64,000 bases of DNA from a virus (lineage: Duplodnaviria > Heunggongvirae > Uroviricota > Caudoviricetes). A model generated the notes under the pieces. It saw nothing but the letters and a program-made list of their open reading frames with translations, did not search any database and was not told the origin of the DNA. Position 1 is the first letter of the stretch. Every line of letters begins with the position of its first letter. The DNA is taken from positions 387,926 through 451,925 of IMG/VR virus record IMGVR_UViG_3300037484_000445, one strand, 5' to 3'. Position numbers and translations under genes: made by a program. Below are positions 55,783 through 63,696 of the stretch, piece after piece.

Positions 55783-57698
55783 CGTACATCAAGGTTGGCA
55801 CGGCGTGCTTGAATCAAACCCCCCTCGATTGGGAAGGTAACAGGCAACGGATCATGGCAGCCCTAGAAGCGGCTAGAGCTGCAGGAGTAGACCTTCTGTG
55901 CCTTCCCGAGCTGTGCATCACCGGCTACGGTTGCGAGGACCTCTTTCACAGTCCCGAAGTTTGTGAAAGAGCTATAGATACCCTCTACCAGATAGCCTCA
56001 GATTCTCCGATAAACCCAGTCTTTTGTGTTGGGTTACCCGTCATCCACAACGGTGCTCTATATAACACAGTAGCCGTGATTCAGCACAATCGTGTTCTTG
56101 GCTTCGTTACTAAGCAACATCTAGCGGGGGACGGTATTCACTATGAACCTCGTTGGTTCAAGCCGTGGCCAGAAGGCGTTGTGAAGACGCTGGACAATAG
56201 ACACAAGCCGATTGGCGACCTACAGTTCGACTTCAAAGGTGTCAAAGTTGGATTTGAAATCTGTGAGGATGCTTGGGTAGCAAATCGTCCCGGTGCTACC
56301 TTGGCCCGCAAAGGCGTGGATATCATCATGAATCCCTCGGCGTCCCATTTCGCCATTGGGAAGAATACAACCAGACGTCGATTCGTCGCCGAAGGCGCAA
56401 GGGCCTTCAGGGTGACGTACCTCTACGCCAATCTCGTGGGCAATGAAGCGGGACGAGCTATCTACGACGGGGATTGCCTTATTGCGGGCGGATCCAACGG
56501 GGATATCCTAAGCGAAGGACCAAGGTTCAGCTTTAAGGATATGGAACTCACCACGGCCGTCGTGGACCTCAGCTCTACACGGGTTCCTCGAATTGGTTCG
56601 GCTTCTTTCACGCCAGATCTATCAACAACATTCATCGAAGGTAGCCATTTTGAGGGAACATTTGAGCCCCTTACGAGAAACGCCGATCTGAAGTACTGGG
56701 ACGATTACGAAGAGTTTCAAGAAGCCGAAGCCCTAGGCCTTTGGGATTATGCCCGAAAGAGCCACTCGAAGGGGTATGTGATCTCCTTGAGTGGCGGAGC
56801 TGACTCAGCTGCTTGTGCCTATCTCGTGGACTATGCTCTCCAAAGGGCTGTGGCTACTCATGGCACAGACGCTGTGGAACGAATGGTTGGGACCAACAAC
56901 CTTTATGATTTTCTCACGTGTGTCTACCAAAGCACCGAGAACAGTTCAGACACAACCTTTGCAGCTGCGGAAACCCTCTCTGAGAACATTGGTTGTAAGT
57001 TCCGAGAGCTCGACGTCGAGGATATCGTCCAAGCTTACGTGAAGGGAATATCCAAATCCTTAGGCCTGTCATTGACGTGGGGAAGTAACGATATTGCCCT
57101 ACAAAACATTCAGGCCCGTGTACGAGCTCCCAGTGCTTGGTTGATAGCCAACTTGGAAGGTAAACTCTTGATTACGACCAGTAATCGGAGTGAGGCTGCT
57201 GTTGGTTATTGCACAATGGATGGGGATACTGCGGGTAGCATCGCTCCTATAGCCGGGGTAGCCAAAGCCTTTCTTCTCGGGTGGCTTCGTAGTGAGCCTG
57301 TCCAGAAGTCCTACACAAGTGCGGCTCTCATAACAGCCCAGAAGCCTACGGCGGAACTTCGTCCTGGTTCAACTCAAACCGACGAAGATGACCTGATGCC
57401 CTACGGTATTCTGAATGCCATCGAAACTTGGGCGATCGAAGGCAAGCTGGGACCCTCTGAGGCTTATGATCGCCTCATGATGTCTCAACCCCTCGATGAG
57501 GACCAAGCCTACGAGTACATACGTAAGTTCTACACGTTGTGGTCAAGAAACCAATGGAAGCGTGAGCGCTACGCCCTGGCCTTCCACATAGCTTCCAGGA
57601 ACCTCGACCCCAGATCGTGGTGCCGATTCCCGGTGTTGTCGTCGGGATTCGAACTCGAACTCAAAGAGCTCAAAGAGCGTATTATGAAGGATCGTTGA
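55779..57698 (+). CDS. nadE: Glutamine-dependent NAD+ synthetase
   Basis: Nitrilase domain (PEL, K, EICED) plus SGGADS, NIQARVR, GYCTMDGD, PTAEL. Confidence 0.96.
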   Translation: MTYIKVGTACLNQTPLDWEGNRQRIMAALEAARAAGVDLLCLPELCITGYGCEDLFHSPEVCERAIDTLYQIASDSPINPVFCVGLPVIHNGALYNTVAVIQHNRVLGFVTKQHLAGDGIHYEPRWFKPWPEGVVKTLDNRHKPIGDLQFDFKGVKVGFEICEDAWVANRPGATLARKGVDIIMNPSASHFAIGKNTTRRRFVAEGARAFRVTYLYANLVGNEAGRAIYDGDCLIAGGSNGDILSEGPRFSFKDMELTTAVVDLSSTRVPRIGSASFTPDLSTTFIEGSHFEGTFEPLTRNADLKYWDDYEEFQEAEALGLWDYARKSHSKGYVISLSGGADSAACAYLVDYALQRAVATHGTDAVERMVGTNNLYDFLTCVYQSTENSSDTTFAAAETLSENIGCKFRELDVEDIVQAYVKGISKSLGLSLTWGSNDIALQNIQARVRAPSAWLIANLEGKLLITTSNRSEAAVGYCTMDGDTAGSIAPIAGVAKAFLLGWLRSEPVQKSYTSAALITAQKPTAELRPGSTQTDEDDLMPYGILNAIETWAIEGKLGPSEAYDRLMMSQPLDEDQAYEYIRKFYTLWSRNQWKRERYALAFHIASRNLDPRSWCRFPVLSSGFELELKELKERIMKDR

Positions 57699-57943
57699 TG
57701 GCACAACAAGGGCTAGAAATCGACAAGGAATACCTGACGCCGGCAGGCTTTATCGTTAGAATCCTGAAGATCGAGGGAGGTAAAGCGGAAGTCTGGCTGA
57801 CGCATCAAGATGTCGTGCGAGAGATGAAAATAGAAGACATCTTACAGCTAGGTGGTACCTGTTCTGTCTGCGGAGGGCAGAAGCCTCAAGGGTGGGATAA
57901 GTGTGTGCATTGCACGAATATGGATACCTTCGAGCCTGGCTAA
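57698..57943 (+). CDS. Small SH3-like plus zinc-ribbon protein
   Basis: TGATG overlap; CSVC...CVHC. Confidence 0.7.
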   Translation: MAQQGLEIDKEYLTPAGFIVRILKIEGGKAEVWLTHQDVVREMKIEDILQLGGTCSVCGGQKPQGWDKCVHCTNMDTFEPG

Positions 57944-57965
57944 ACCTTTGGTATAAGTACCCAGA

Positions 57966-58259
57966 ATGATGCAATGTCTTGATTTGGAAGGGGGTCGCGT
58001 TGTCGAAATCCCTTCCACAGCGCTTCAGGAATTGACCCTTGGACGCAAGACCTCAGACCCCTTGGTTTTCTTTGCCCAAGACGGGCTTGCCATTTTAGTG
58101 GTCGATAACACCCTCGTACGCATAGGAACGGCAACCTTCCCGGCTGCTCCACAGCATCGAGACAAGAGCCCTCTACGCCTGGTTTGTGACCGTTTGAAGA
58201 GGCGTTTCGTTGCCGAGGATGTTCAGCTGAGCCATCCCGTACTACAGCGGCTTTCTTAG
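57966..58259 (+). CDS. Hypothetical protein
   Basis: GGTATA variant motif 10 nt upstream. Confidence 0.65.
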   Translation: MMQCLDLEGGRVVEIPSTALQELTLGRKTSDPLVFFAQDGLAILVVDNTLVRIGTATFPAAPQHRDKSPLRLVCDRLKRRFVAEDVQLSHPVLQRLS

Positions 58260-58954
58260 AGGTCTAACTCTCGAACAAGAATCTGTCGGATGTATCGATT
58301 GTTGGAGCTGTTCAAGTGCTTTCCCACCTCCCTCCAAGTTGGAGATGCACTTAGAAGGTCTTCAACCAAGGATGCCCCTTGGAGCATAGGCTTCTTTGAT
58401 GCTCGGGATTTAAGACGAAGACCTTTTAGGGTGCGGCCGGCTTCATCGATGATTTGTCGAGCAAAAGCCTTCACTTCGTGGGGGCTATTGTAGTAAACTT
58501 CGAGGCCAGGATCTCTTAGACGACGGTCGATGACATCGAGGGCGTGTGTGACTTCGTGGATTACTATGGACTTGACCTTGTTGATGACTTCGTACGAGCG
58601 ACGACCTAGATCCTCGCTCGTCCATCCAGGGGACAAGAAGACGACTATAGCTTGACGCTCACTGTCATAGTGCCCGAAAGTGTATCTGTCGTCGCGGCTT
58701 ACTTTGCCCACTACGAGCTGGACACGGAATTCAGTATCAACCCCCTTGACTGTCTTTAGGATTAGATTGTCTGCCGCACAAATGGTCCCAGCCCTTAGGT
58801 GATCCCCAATAGCGTCATTGTCAGGTACGATCCCCAACAGGTACTTCAGCGCCTCTTCGGTGACTTTCTGTGCGAAGCTAGTCACGTAGCCAACGTCAAA
58901 TGGGATCAGACGTCGACTAAAGCGTTGAGCTATTCTGGAGGCTTGTATTGTCAC
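58256..58954 (-). CDS. Zincin-like metalloprotease with SRIAQRF N-terminal tag
   Basis: IHEVTHALD...YYNSPHEVKAF. Confidence 0.75.
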   Translation of the reverse strand: MTIQASRIAQRFSRRLIPFDVGYVTSFAQKVTEEALKYLLGIVPDNDAIGDHLRAGTICAADNLILKTVKGVDTEFRVQLVVGKVSRDDRYTFGHYDSERQAIVVFLSPGWTSEDLGRRSYEVINKVKSIVIHEVTHALDVIDRRLRDPGLEVYYNSPHEVKAFARQIIDEAGRTLKGLRLKSRASKKPMLQGASLVEDLLSASPTWREVGKHLNSSNNRYIRQILVRELDL

Positions 58955-59301
58955 GGGGTCAGCTCACACGTCGTCGGGTCCTTCTGACGATAGGGCTCAA
59001 TGTCCCCACAAGTGGTCACTAAGGCCACACAACGCGGGTTGATGAAGACACCCTTGTCTTGCATCTCGATGCACCAATCCTTACAGCTTTGGTTGGGAAT
59101 GTCCACAGGACCGGGCAGGTCGGAGTTGTAAACGGGCTTACCCTCGTCGCAATTTAGGCTCGGACTAGCCAGGTGGTTACACATTCGTTCGCACAAATTG
59201 GTGTCCGGAGGCGGGTTTGGGGGTGGGACAGGCTTCTCTTGGGTAGGGTTGCAGGAGAACATAACCAGGCAAAACACTAGAACTGACAGGGTTTTTGGCA
59301 T
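58951..59301 (-). CDS. Cys-rich lipoprotein
   Basis: GGAGG RBS, signal peptide ending MFSC, Pro linker, several Cys. Confidence 0.75.
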   Translation of the reverse strand: MPKTLSVLVFCLVMFSCNPTQEKPVPPPNPPPDTNLCERMCNHLASPSLNCDEGKPVYNSDLPGPVDIPNQSCKDWCIEMQDKGVFINPRCVALVTTCGDIEPYRQKDPTTCELTP

Positions 59302-59364
59302 AGCGCCTCCGTATTACAGTTTCTATCGAAAGATCTTCTTATCTAAGGGCTCTAGTCAGAGCCT

Positions 59365-60156
59365 ATGGACAAATTTGGCTACCGCCCAGACCCTCCTAAG
59401 TCGACGGATAAGGACTTCTCAACGCTCCTCCGTCCTAAGCTTGTTAGGGTAACCACCGGGGACGTAGACCTTAGGCCTTACTGCACTACGACCAACCAAT
59501 ATGGCCTCGGGGCTTGTGCTGGGAATGCCACCGCAGATTCTGTGGAGATAACCAACGCGATCGAGGGTAAGCCCCCAGTTCAATTGTCTCGACTCTTCGT
59601 CTACACCTTGGCCCGAAATATGGCGGATGAGGACGGGGATGGTCGTAGCGACATTAACAAGGATGAAGGCACTTACATTAGGTTGTGCTTCGATGTCCTT
59701 GCCAAGTTTGGGATCTGCCGTGAGGATCTTCCTGCGGGTCAAGGCGGCTGGCCTTATGACCTTACCAAAGCTTTCACGCTTCCCGATCTGAAGGCTATGC
59801 GAGCGGCAACGGCCCATCGCATTCACAGCTATTACCGAATCTATGAGACAGGCAGTAGTCGCATCGATGCCATGATCGAGGCCCTACAAGGCCAACACCC
59901 GATCGTCTTTGGTACAATTGTCGATCAGTCTTTCATGGATCTGAGTGACGACACCCCTTGGAGTCCGACAGGTACCACCCTCGGGGGCCACGCCATGGTG
60001 GTTGTTGGATACCTTCGCGCTCTCGGTTTCATCGTCAAGAACAGCTGGGGACCGGATTGGGGTATGAAAGGCTTCTGCATTATGAAGCCCGAAGTCTTCA
60101 TCTCCAGCAGCACCAGTGATATTTGGGTGCCCACGAGTGGAACTGTTTTTCGATGA
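59365..60156 (+). CDS. Papain-like (C1) cysteine peptidase
   Basis: NQYGLGAC, LSRLFVY, GGHAM..VGY, KNSWG..WG..G. Confidence 0.94.
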   Translation: MDKFGYRPDPPKSTDKDFSTLLRPKLVRVTTGDVDLRPYCTTTNQYGLGACAGNATADSVEITNAIEGKPPVQLSRLFVYTLARNMADEDGDGRSDINKDEGTYIRLCFDVLAKFGICREDLPAGQGGWPYDLTKAFTLPDLKAMRAATAHRIHSYYRIYETGSSRIDAMIEALQGQHPIVFGTIVDQSFMDLSDDTPWSPTGTTLGGHAMVVVGYLRALGFIVKNSWGPDWGMKGFCIMKPEVFISSSTSDIWVPTSGTVFR

Positions 60157-60989
60157 ACTCTAGTGCTTCCGTACGTCGCGTTCTGGCTGCCTACTTCAAC
60201 GTCGGTGATCTCATAACCTTTGGTAAGTACCAGAACAAGAAAGGCCGTATCGTCGGTTTTACTACCGACGAAAAGGGCTATCCTGCTGTTGAGATTGAGC
60301 CCGTACCTAAAGACGGAAAGCACAACAAGACCCTAACACTATTCAAAATCCGCAAAGTGCCAATAGAGAAACAAGCCATGAACCTAGCACGTCGAGTAGT
60401 TGCACGTTATCTTCAAGCCTTTGGTGGATGGACCGTCGTTGTGGGTAATATCCGCATTCAACGATGGCAAAATGCCATACGCGTTTGGGACCTCACCAAT
60501 GCTGGTAAGCGGGGTAAGAAGGTCGACAGCATCCACGTTTGGACCAAAAGACACTTACCCCACGAAGAGGAGAGTGCCTTCATCGGCAGGCTCTATGAGA
60601 TGCTTCAGAATTACGACACTCTAGCCGAAGCCAAAAGTGGGATCGAAGACTATATGGACCAGTATCCAGACAGTTTGAGTCTGGACAAAGGCCAAGAGCG
60701 TGGGATCGACGTGCAGCCGGCAGGTACCACAAGTCTTCGTTTGACTACGAGCACAGGTTGTAGGATCACAGCAACACCACTTGAGTGGCAGATTGTCAAC
60801 ACTGTGGAGTTCACAGGACCTAGGGGTAACAAATTCGATCAAGACACTAGTTACTGGAACCGAGGTAAGAAGTCGGCACAGCTATTCTACAATTGGTTGT
60901 TGGGGAACACAGACAAAATCAGTCGTATGACAATCCAAGACTTCCAGAAATTGTGGAGTGAGTTGGGTATTGACTACGACTCCCATTGA
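60153..60989 (+). CDS. Putative virion polyprotein with two RV[LV]A.Y tags
   Basis: VRRVLAAY at the N-terminus; EKQA-MNLARRVVARYLQA internally. Confidence 0.6.
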   Translation: MNSSASVRRVLAAYFNVGDLITFGKYQNKKGRIVGFTTDEKGYPAVEIEPVPKDGKHNKTLTLFKIRKVPIEKQAMNLARRVVARYLQAFGGWTVVVGNIRIQRWQNAIRVWDLTNAGKRGKKVDSIHVWTKRHLPHEEESAFIGRLYEMLQNYDTLAEAKSGIEDYMDQYPDSLSLDKGQERGIDVQPAGTTSLRLTTSTGCRITATPLEWQIVNTVEFTGPRGNKFDQDTSYWNRGKKSAQLFYNWLLGNTDKISRMTIQDFQKLWSELGIDYDSH

Positions 60990-61019
60990 AAGTCCTGTGT
61001 GTTGGTGTACAGCTAAGAC

Positions 61020-61631
61020 ATGATTCTTAGTGGCCCCGAGATCCTCAAACAGGTAGAGCTAGGCAACATCAGAATTGACCCCTTCAATGCCAAAAGGGTC
61101 AACCCGGCGAGCTTCGATCTGACCCTCGGAGACCAGGTTGCCGTTTACTCAAACGTGGTCGACTTCCTCCAGGGAGAGATACCGAGTTTCGGGCACAACT
61201 TGGTGCCAAAGCGTGACGGTATCTTGGACACAGCAAAAAATGAAGGTGTCCTGAGGTACAAGATCCTTCCAGAAGGGTGGCTTTTGAAGCCAGGCATCGG
61301 ATACTTGATGCATACGGCGGAAACCGTATGGACGAAGAGCTATGTACCCGTGCTAGATGGTAAATCATCCATTGGGCGTATGTTCATCAAGGTCCACGAG
61401 ACCGCGGGCTACGGCGATCCAAACTTCGACGGTCAGTATACTCTTGAGGTGACCGCTGTACATCCAGTCATTGTCTATCCAGGGATGCGCATTGCTCAGA
61501 TTCGCTTCCATGCTATGGAGGGCGAACTGGCTTTATACGACGGCAACTACAAGAACGAAAACGCCAAGGGTCCCGTACCTTCGCGTGTTTGGGCCCAGAT
61601 TAAGAATGAGGGCCTGGGCAAAAAAGATTGA
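61020..61631 (+). CDS. dcd: dCTP deaminase
   Basis: MILS, PASFDLTL, GKSSIGR, AGYGDPNFDGQYTLE, GMRIAQ. Confidence 0.94.
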   Translation: MILSGPEILKQVELGNIRIDPFNAKRVNPASFDLTLGDQVAVYSNVVDFLQGEIPSFGHNLVPKRDGILDTAKNEGVLRYKILPEGWLLKPGIGYLMHTAETVWTKSYVPVLDGKSSIGRMFIKVHETAGYGDPNFDGQYTLEVTAVHPVIVYPGMRIAQIRFHAMEGELALYDGNYKNENAKGPVPSRVWAQIKNEGLGKKD

Positions 61632-61688
61632 AAATTCAAGGGAGTCCGAATACATCGAAGATAATCCTTTGGTGTACCAATGCCTTAC

Positions 61689-61766
61689 GAGTTGGGAGAC
61701 AACCGCACCCTCGGTTGCCTCAACTTAAGAGCACCGTGAGTCTTTACCCCAAGGTTCACGGTGCTC
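61689..61766. other. Tandem hairpins after a class B motif (terminator or structured 5' leader)
   Basis: GAGTTG..CAACCG/CGGTTG..CAACTT and GAGCACCGTGA/TCACGGTGCTC. Confidence 0.55.
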
Positions 61767-61793
61767 GACTTTTTAGAATAGAATCGCTATCCT

Positions 61794-62330
61794 ATGCAAC
61801 AGATGCACAAGCAACGGTTACACGAGGAAACCATCGGAGTGAAGGTTCCAGGGCGGGGACATCAGTTGGCTACGGTGAGAGTAAGTGCCACCGACAGCGA
61901 TGAAGATGTTCTTCGTGGAATTTCCAAAGTAGTTGGCACAATATTCAACGTAACCGGAGTACGGTACGAGTTGGTATGTGCCGAGCCGTTCAAACTCAAA
62001 CGTTTAAACGGCTCCAAGAAAAGAGACCTCACCGTCGATGACCCCCCTGAAGAGGAAGAAATCGTTGAGGTGGCGGCGCCGGAACCTCCTGTTGTCAAGG
62101 CCGTTACAGAGGTGCCCCCCTTGCCAAAGGATCTGCCTGTAGTCTTCAAAGCACCTTCCAAAGTAGTCCCTGAGAAAACTGTCGGATTTCAAGTAGGTGA
62201 GACGTGGCGAACGAAGGATAAGCGTCGACAGACCACCTTCAAGGTCGTGTCAATTGACGGGGACTTTGCTGTCACGGACGATGCCCGTCGAATCCAATTG
62301 ACTAGATCTTGTCGATACGAGCGAATCTAG
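61794..62330 (+). CDS. Hypothetical protein with C-terminal SH3-like module
   Basis: Pro/Glu linker, FQVGETWRTKD. Confidence 0.7.
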   Translation: MQQMHKQRLHEETIGVKVPGRGHQLATVRVSATDSDEDVLRGISKVVGTIFNVTGVRYELVCAEPFKLKRLNGSKKRDLTVDDPPEEEEIVEVAAPEPPVVKAVTEVPPLPKDLPVVFKAPSKVVPEKTVGFQVGETWRTKDKRRQTTFKVVSIDGDFAVTDDARRIQLTRSCRYERI

Positions 62331-62370
62331 TCGAACCCTCTTAACCGTCACCGTAACTTAGCGTACTGGA

Positions 62371-62544
62371 ATGGCAATGGTCACCCAAAGTCAACCCGCA
62401 CCCCGTTTGGATCAGAGAGTCTTCTTTCATCCAGAAACCGAAGAAAATCCTTGCTTTTACACCGTGCGTTGGGAGTTGTTCGAAGGAGTTGTTCATCTGA
62501 GCAACGTACGACAAAACCCCAAACCGCCAGCAAATACAGAGTAA
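62371..62544 (+). CDS. Small hypothetical protein (57 aa, not in ORF track)
   Basis: Class A motif 62340-62365. Confidence 0.55.
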   Translation: MAMVTQSQPAPRLDQRVFFHPETEENPCFYTVRWELFEGVVHLSNVRQNPKPPANTE

Positions 62545-62548
62545 GTAC

Positions 62549-63304
62549 GTGCCTACACCAGACTTCGTTCGGCCCCCGCCGCCGCACAAGGCTTTCGAGA
62601 ATCATCTTCGGATAGAGATTGTCTCAGGTCGACCACCATCTGAGCAATTGCTGATCCATTGGGGCCGACGCACGGAGGAAGGATCCCTCCCCGTGATATG
62701 CCTGACCCTGGTGCTGACGTACACGCAAGCGCCCGAAAGCTGGGACGTTCTCAAAGAGGCCGCCATCGAAGCCTTGGAGGATATTCCTTCAGACGCTGCA
62801 TGTGTCTTAGCTCAAGCGATGAAGACGGCTCGTTGGCCCAAGACCATTTTTCAAGAATTTACCCGTGAAGGGGAAGAGCACGTTATTGCTAGCCTGCAAT
62901 TGAACGACCTCACCTACGAAGCGAAGGTCTCATTCCCTCTCAGAGGGAATGGCAAGTATGCCAGGCAGATAGCCGCATACGAGCTTCTGAAGGGGATTGT
63001 CGAGCACAGGCAGACTAGCCAGAAGAAGCTGGAGGGACCCGCCACAAGGTCCTTCCAGCTTCACCCAAAGCCCATTGGGGGAAGTACCGAGAAAAGCCCA
63101 ATCTCGATACTGTACGAGTACTGTCAGGCCAAGAACTTCGAGGGGCCAACTTTTGACTACCGGCTGTACGGTGCAAAGCCTCAGCTGCGAGTCACGTGCC
63201 GGGCCTTGTTTCAGGGTCGAACTTTTATGGAAAGTTCCAAGAGCAAGCACGAAGCCAAGACCGTGGTCTGCCAGAAGATCTTGCAATACCTTCAGCTGGT
63301 TTAG
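62549..63304 (+). CDS. Double-stranded RNA-binding motif protein (one clear and one degenerate dsRBD)
   Basis: PISILYEYCQ...PTF....G......C.......SKSKHEAK..C..IL..L; upstream PKTIFQEF...GNGKYARQIAA..LL. Confidence 0.75.
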   Translation: MPTPDFVRPPPPHKAFENHLRIEIVSGRPPSEQLLIHWGRRTEEGSLPVICLTLVLTYTQAPESWDVLKEAAIEALEDIPSDAACVLAQAMKTARWPKTIFQEFTREGEEHVIASLQLNDLTYEAKVSFPLRGNGKYARQIAAYELLKGIVEHRQTSQKKLEGPATRSFQLHPKPIGGSTEKSPISILYEYCQAKNFEGPTFDYRLYGAKPQLRVTCRALFQGRTFMESSKSKHEAKTVVCQKILQYLQLV

Positions 63305-63696
63305 ATCGACGTACGCGGAAACACCGTCGGGCCCAGCCTACGTGACTCAGCAGGGCGTTTCTTGACGGACCGCCACGTGGGCACCTTCGTCGAGGGAACC
63401 AAGCTCAGAAGCTGTCTGTGCGGCACCGTAGAGGTATCGAAGCCGACGGTGTCGACTCGGAACATTCCATCCACTTCAAGGACTTCCGAACGGCCCCCCG
63501 TTTGACGTGAGAGTACGCACCGAAGAACCAAAGGATCGCCATTGCGAAGAGGTCCCGGCAAGTCTGCCTTGAACACCGGTTCGCCATTTACATCGGCCAG
63601 CTTGACAATACTCAACACGTTCAAAACTCCTTGCCTGATGATCAGTACGCGGTGTAGATGATCCAGGTTCCGAGGCCGCAAGTCAAGGAACAACAC
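63301..63696 (-). CDS. Hypothetical protein
   Basis: 131 aa beta-rich ORF. Confidence 0.65.
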   Translation of the reverse strand: MLFLDLRPRNLDHLHRVLIIRQGVLNVLSIVKLADVNGEPVFKADLPGPLRNGDPLVLRCVLSRQTGGRSEVLEVDGMFRVDTVGFDTSTVPHRQLLSLVPSTKVPTWRSVKKRPAESRRLGPTVFPRTSI

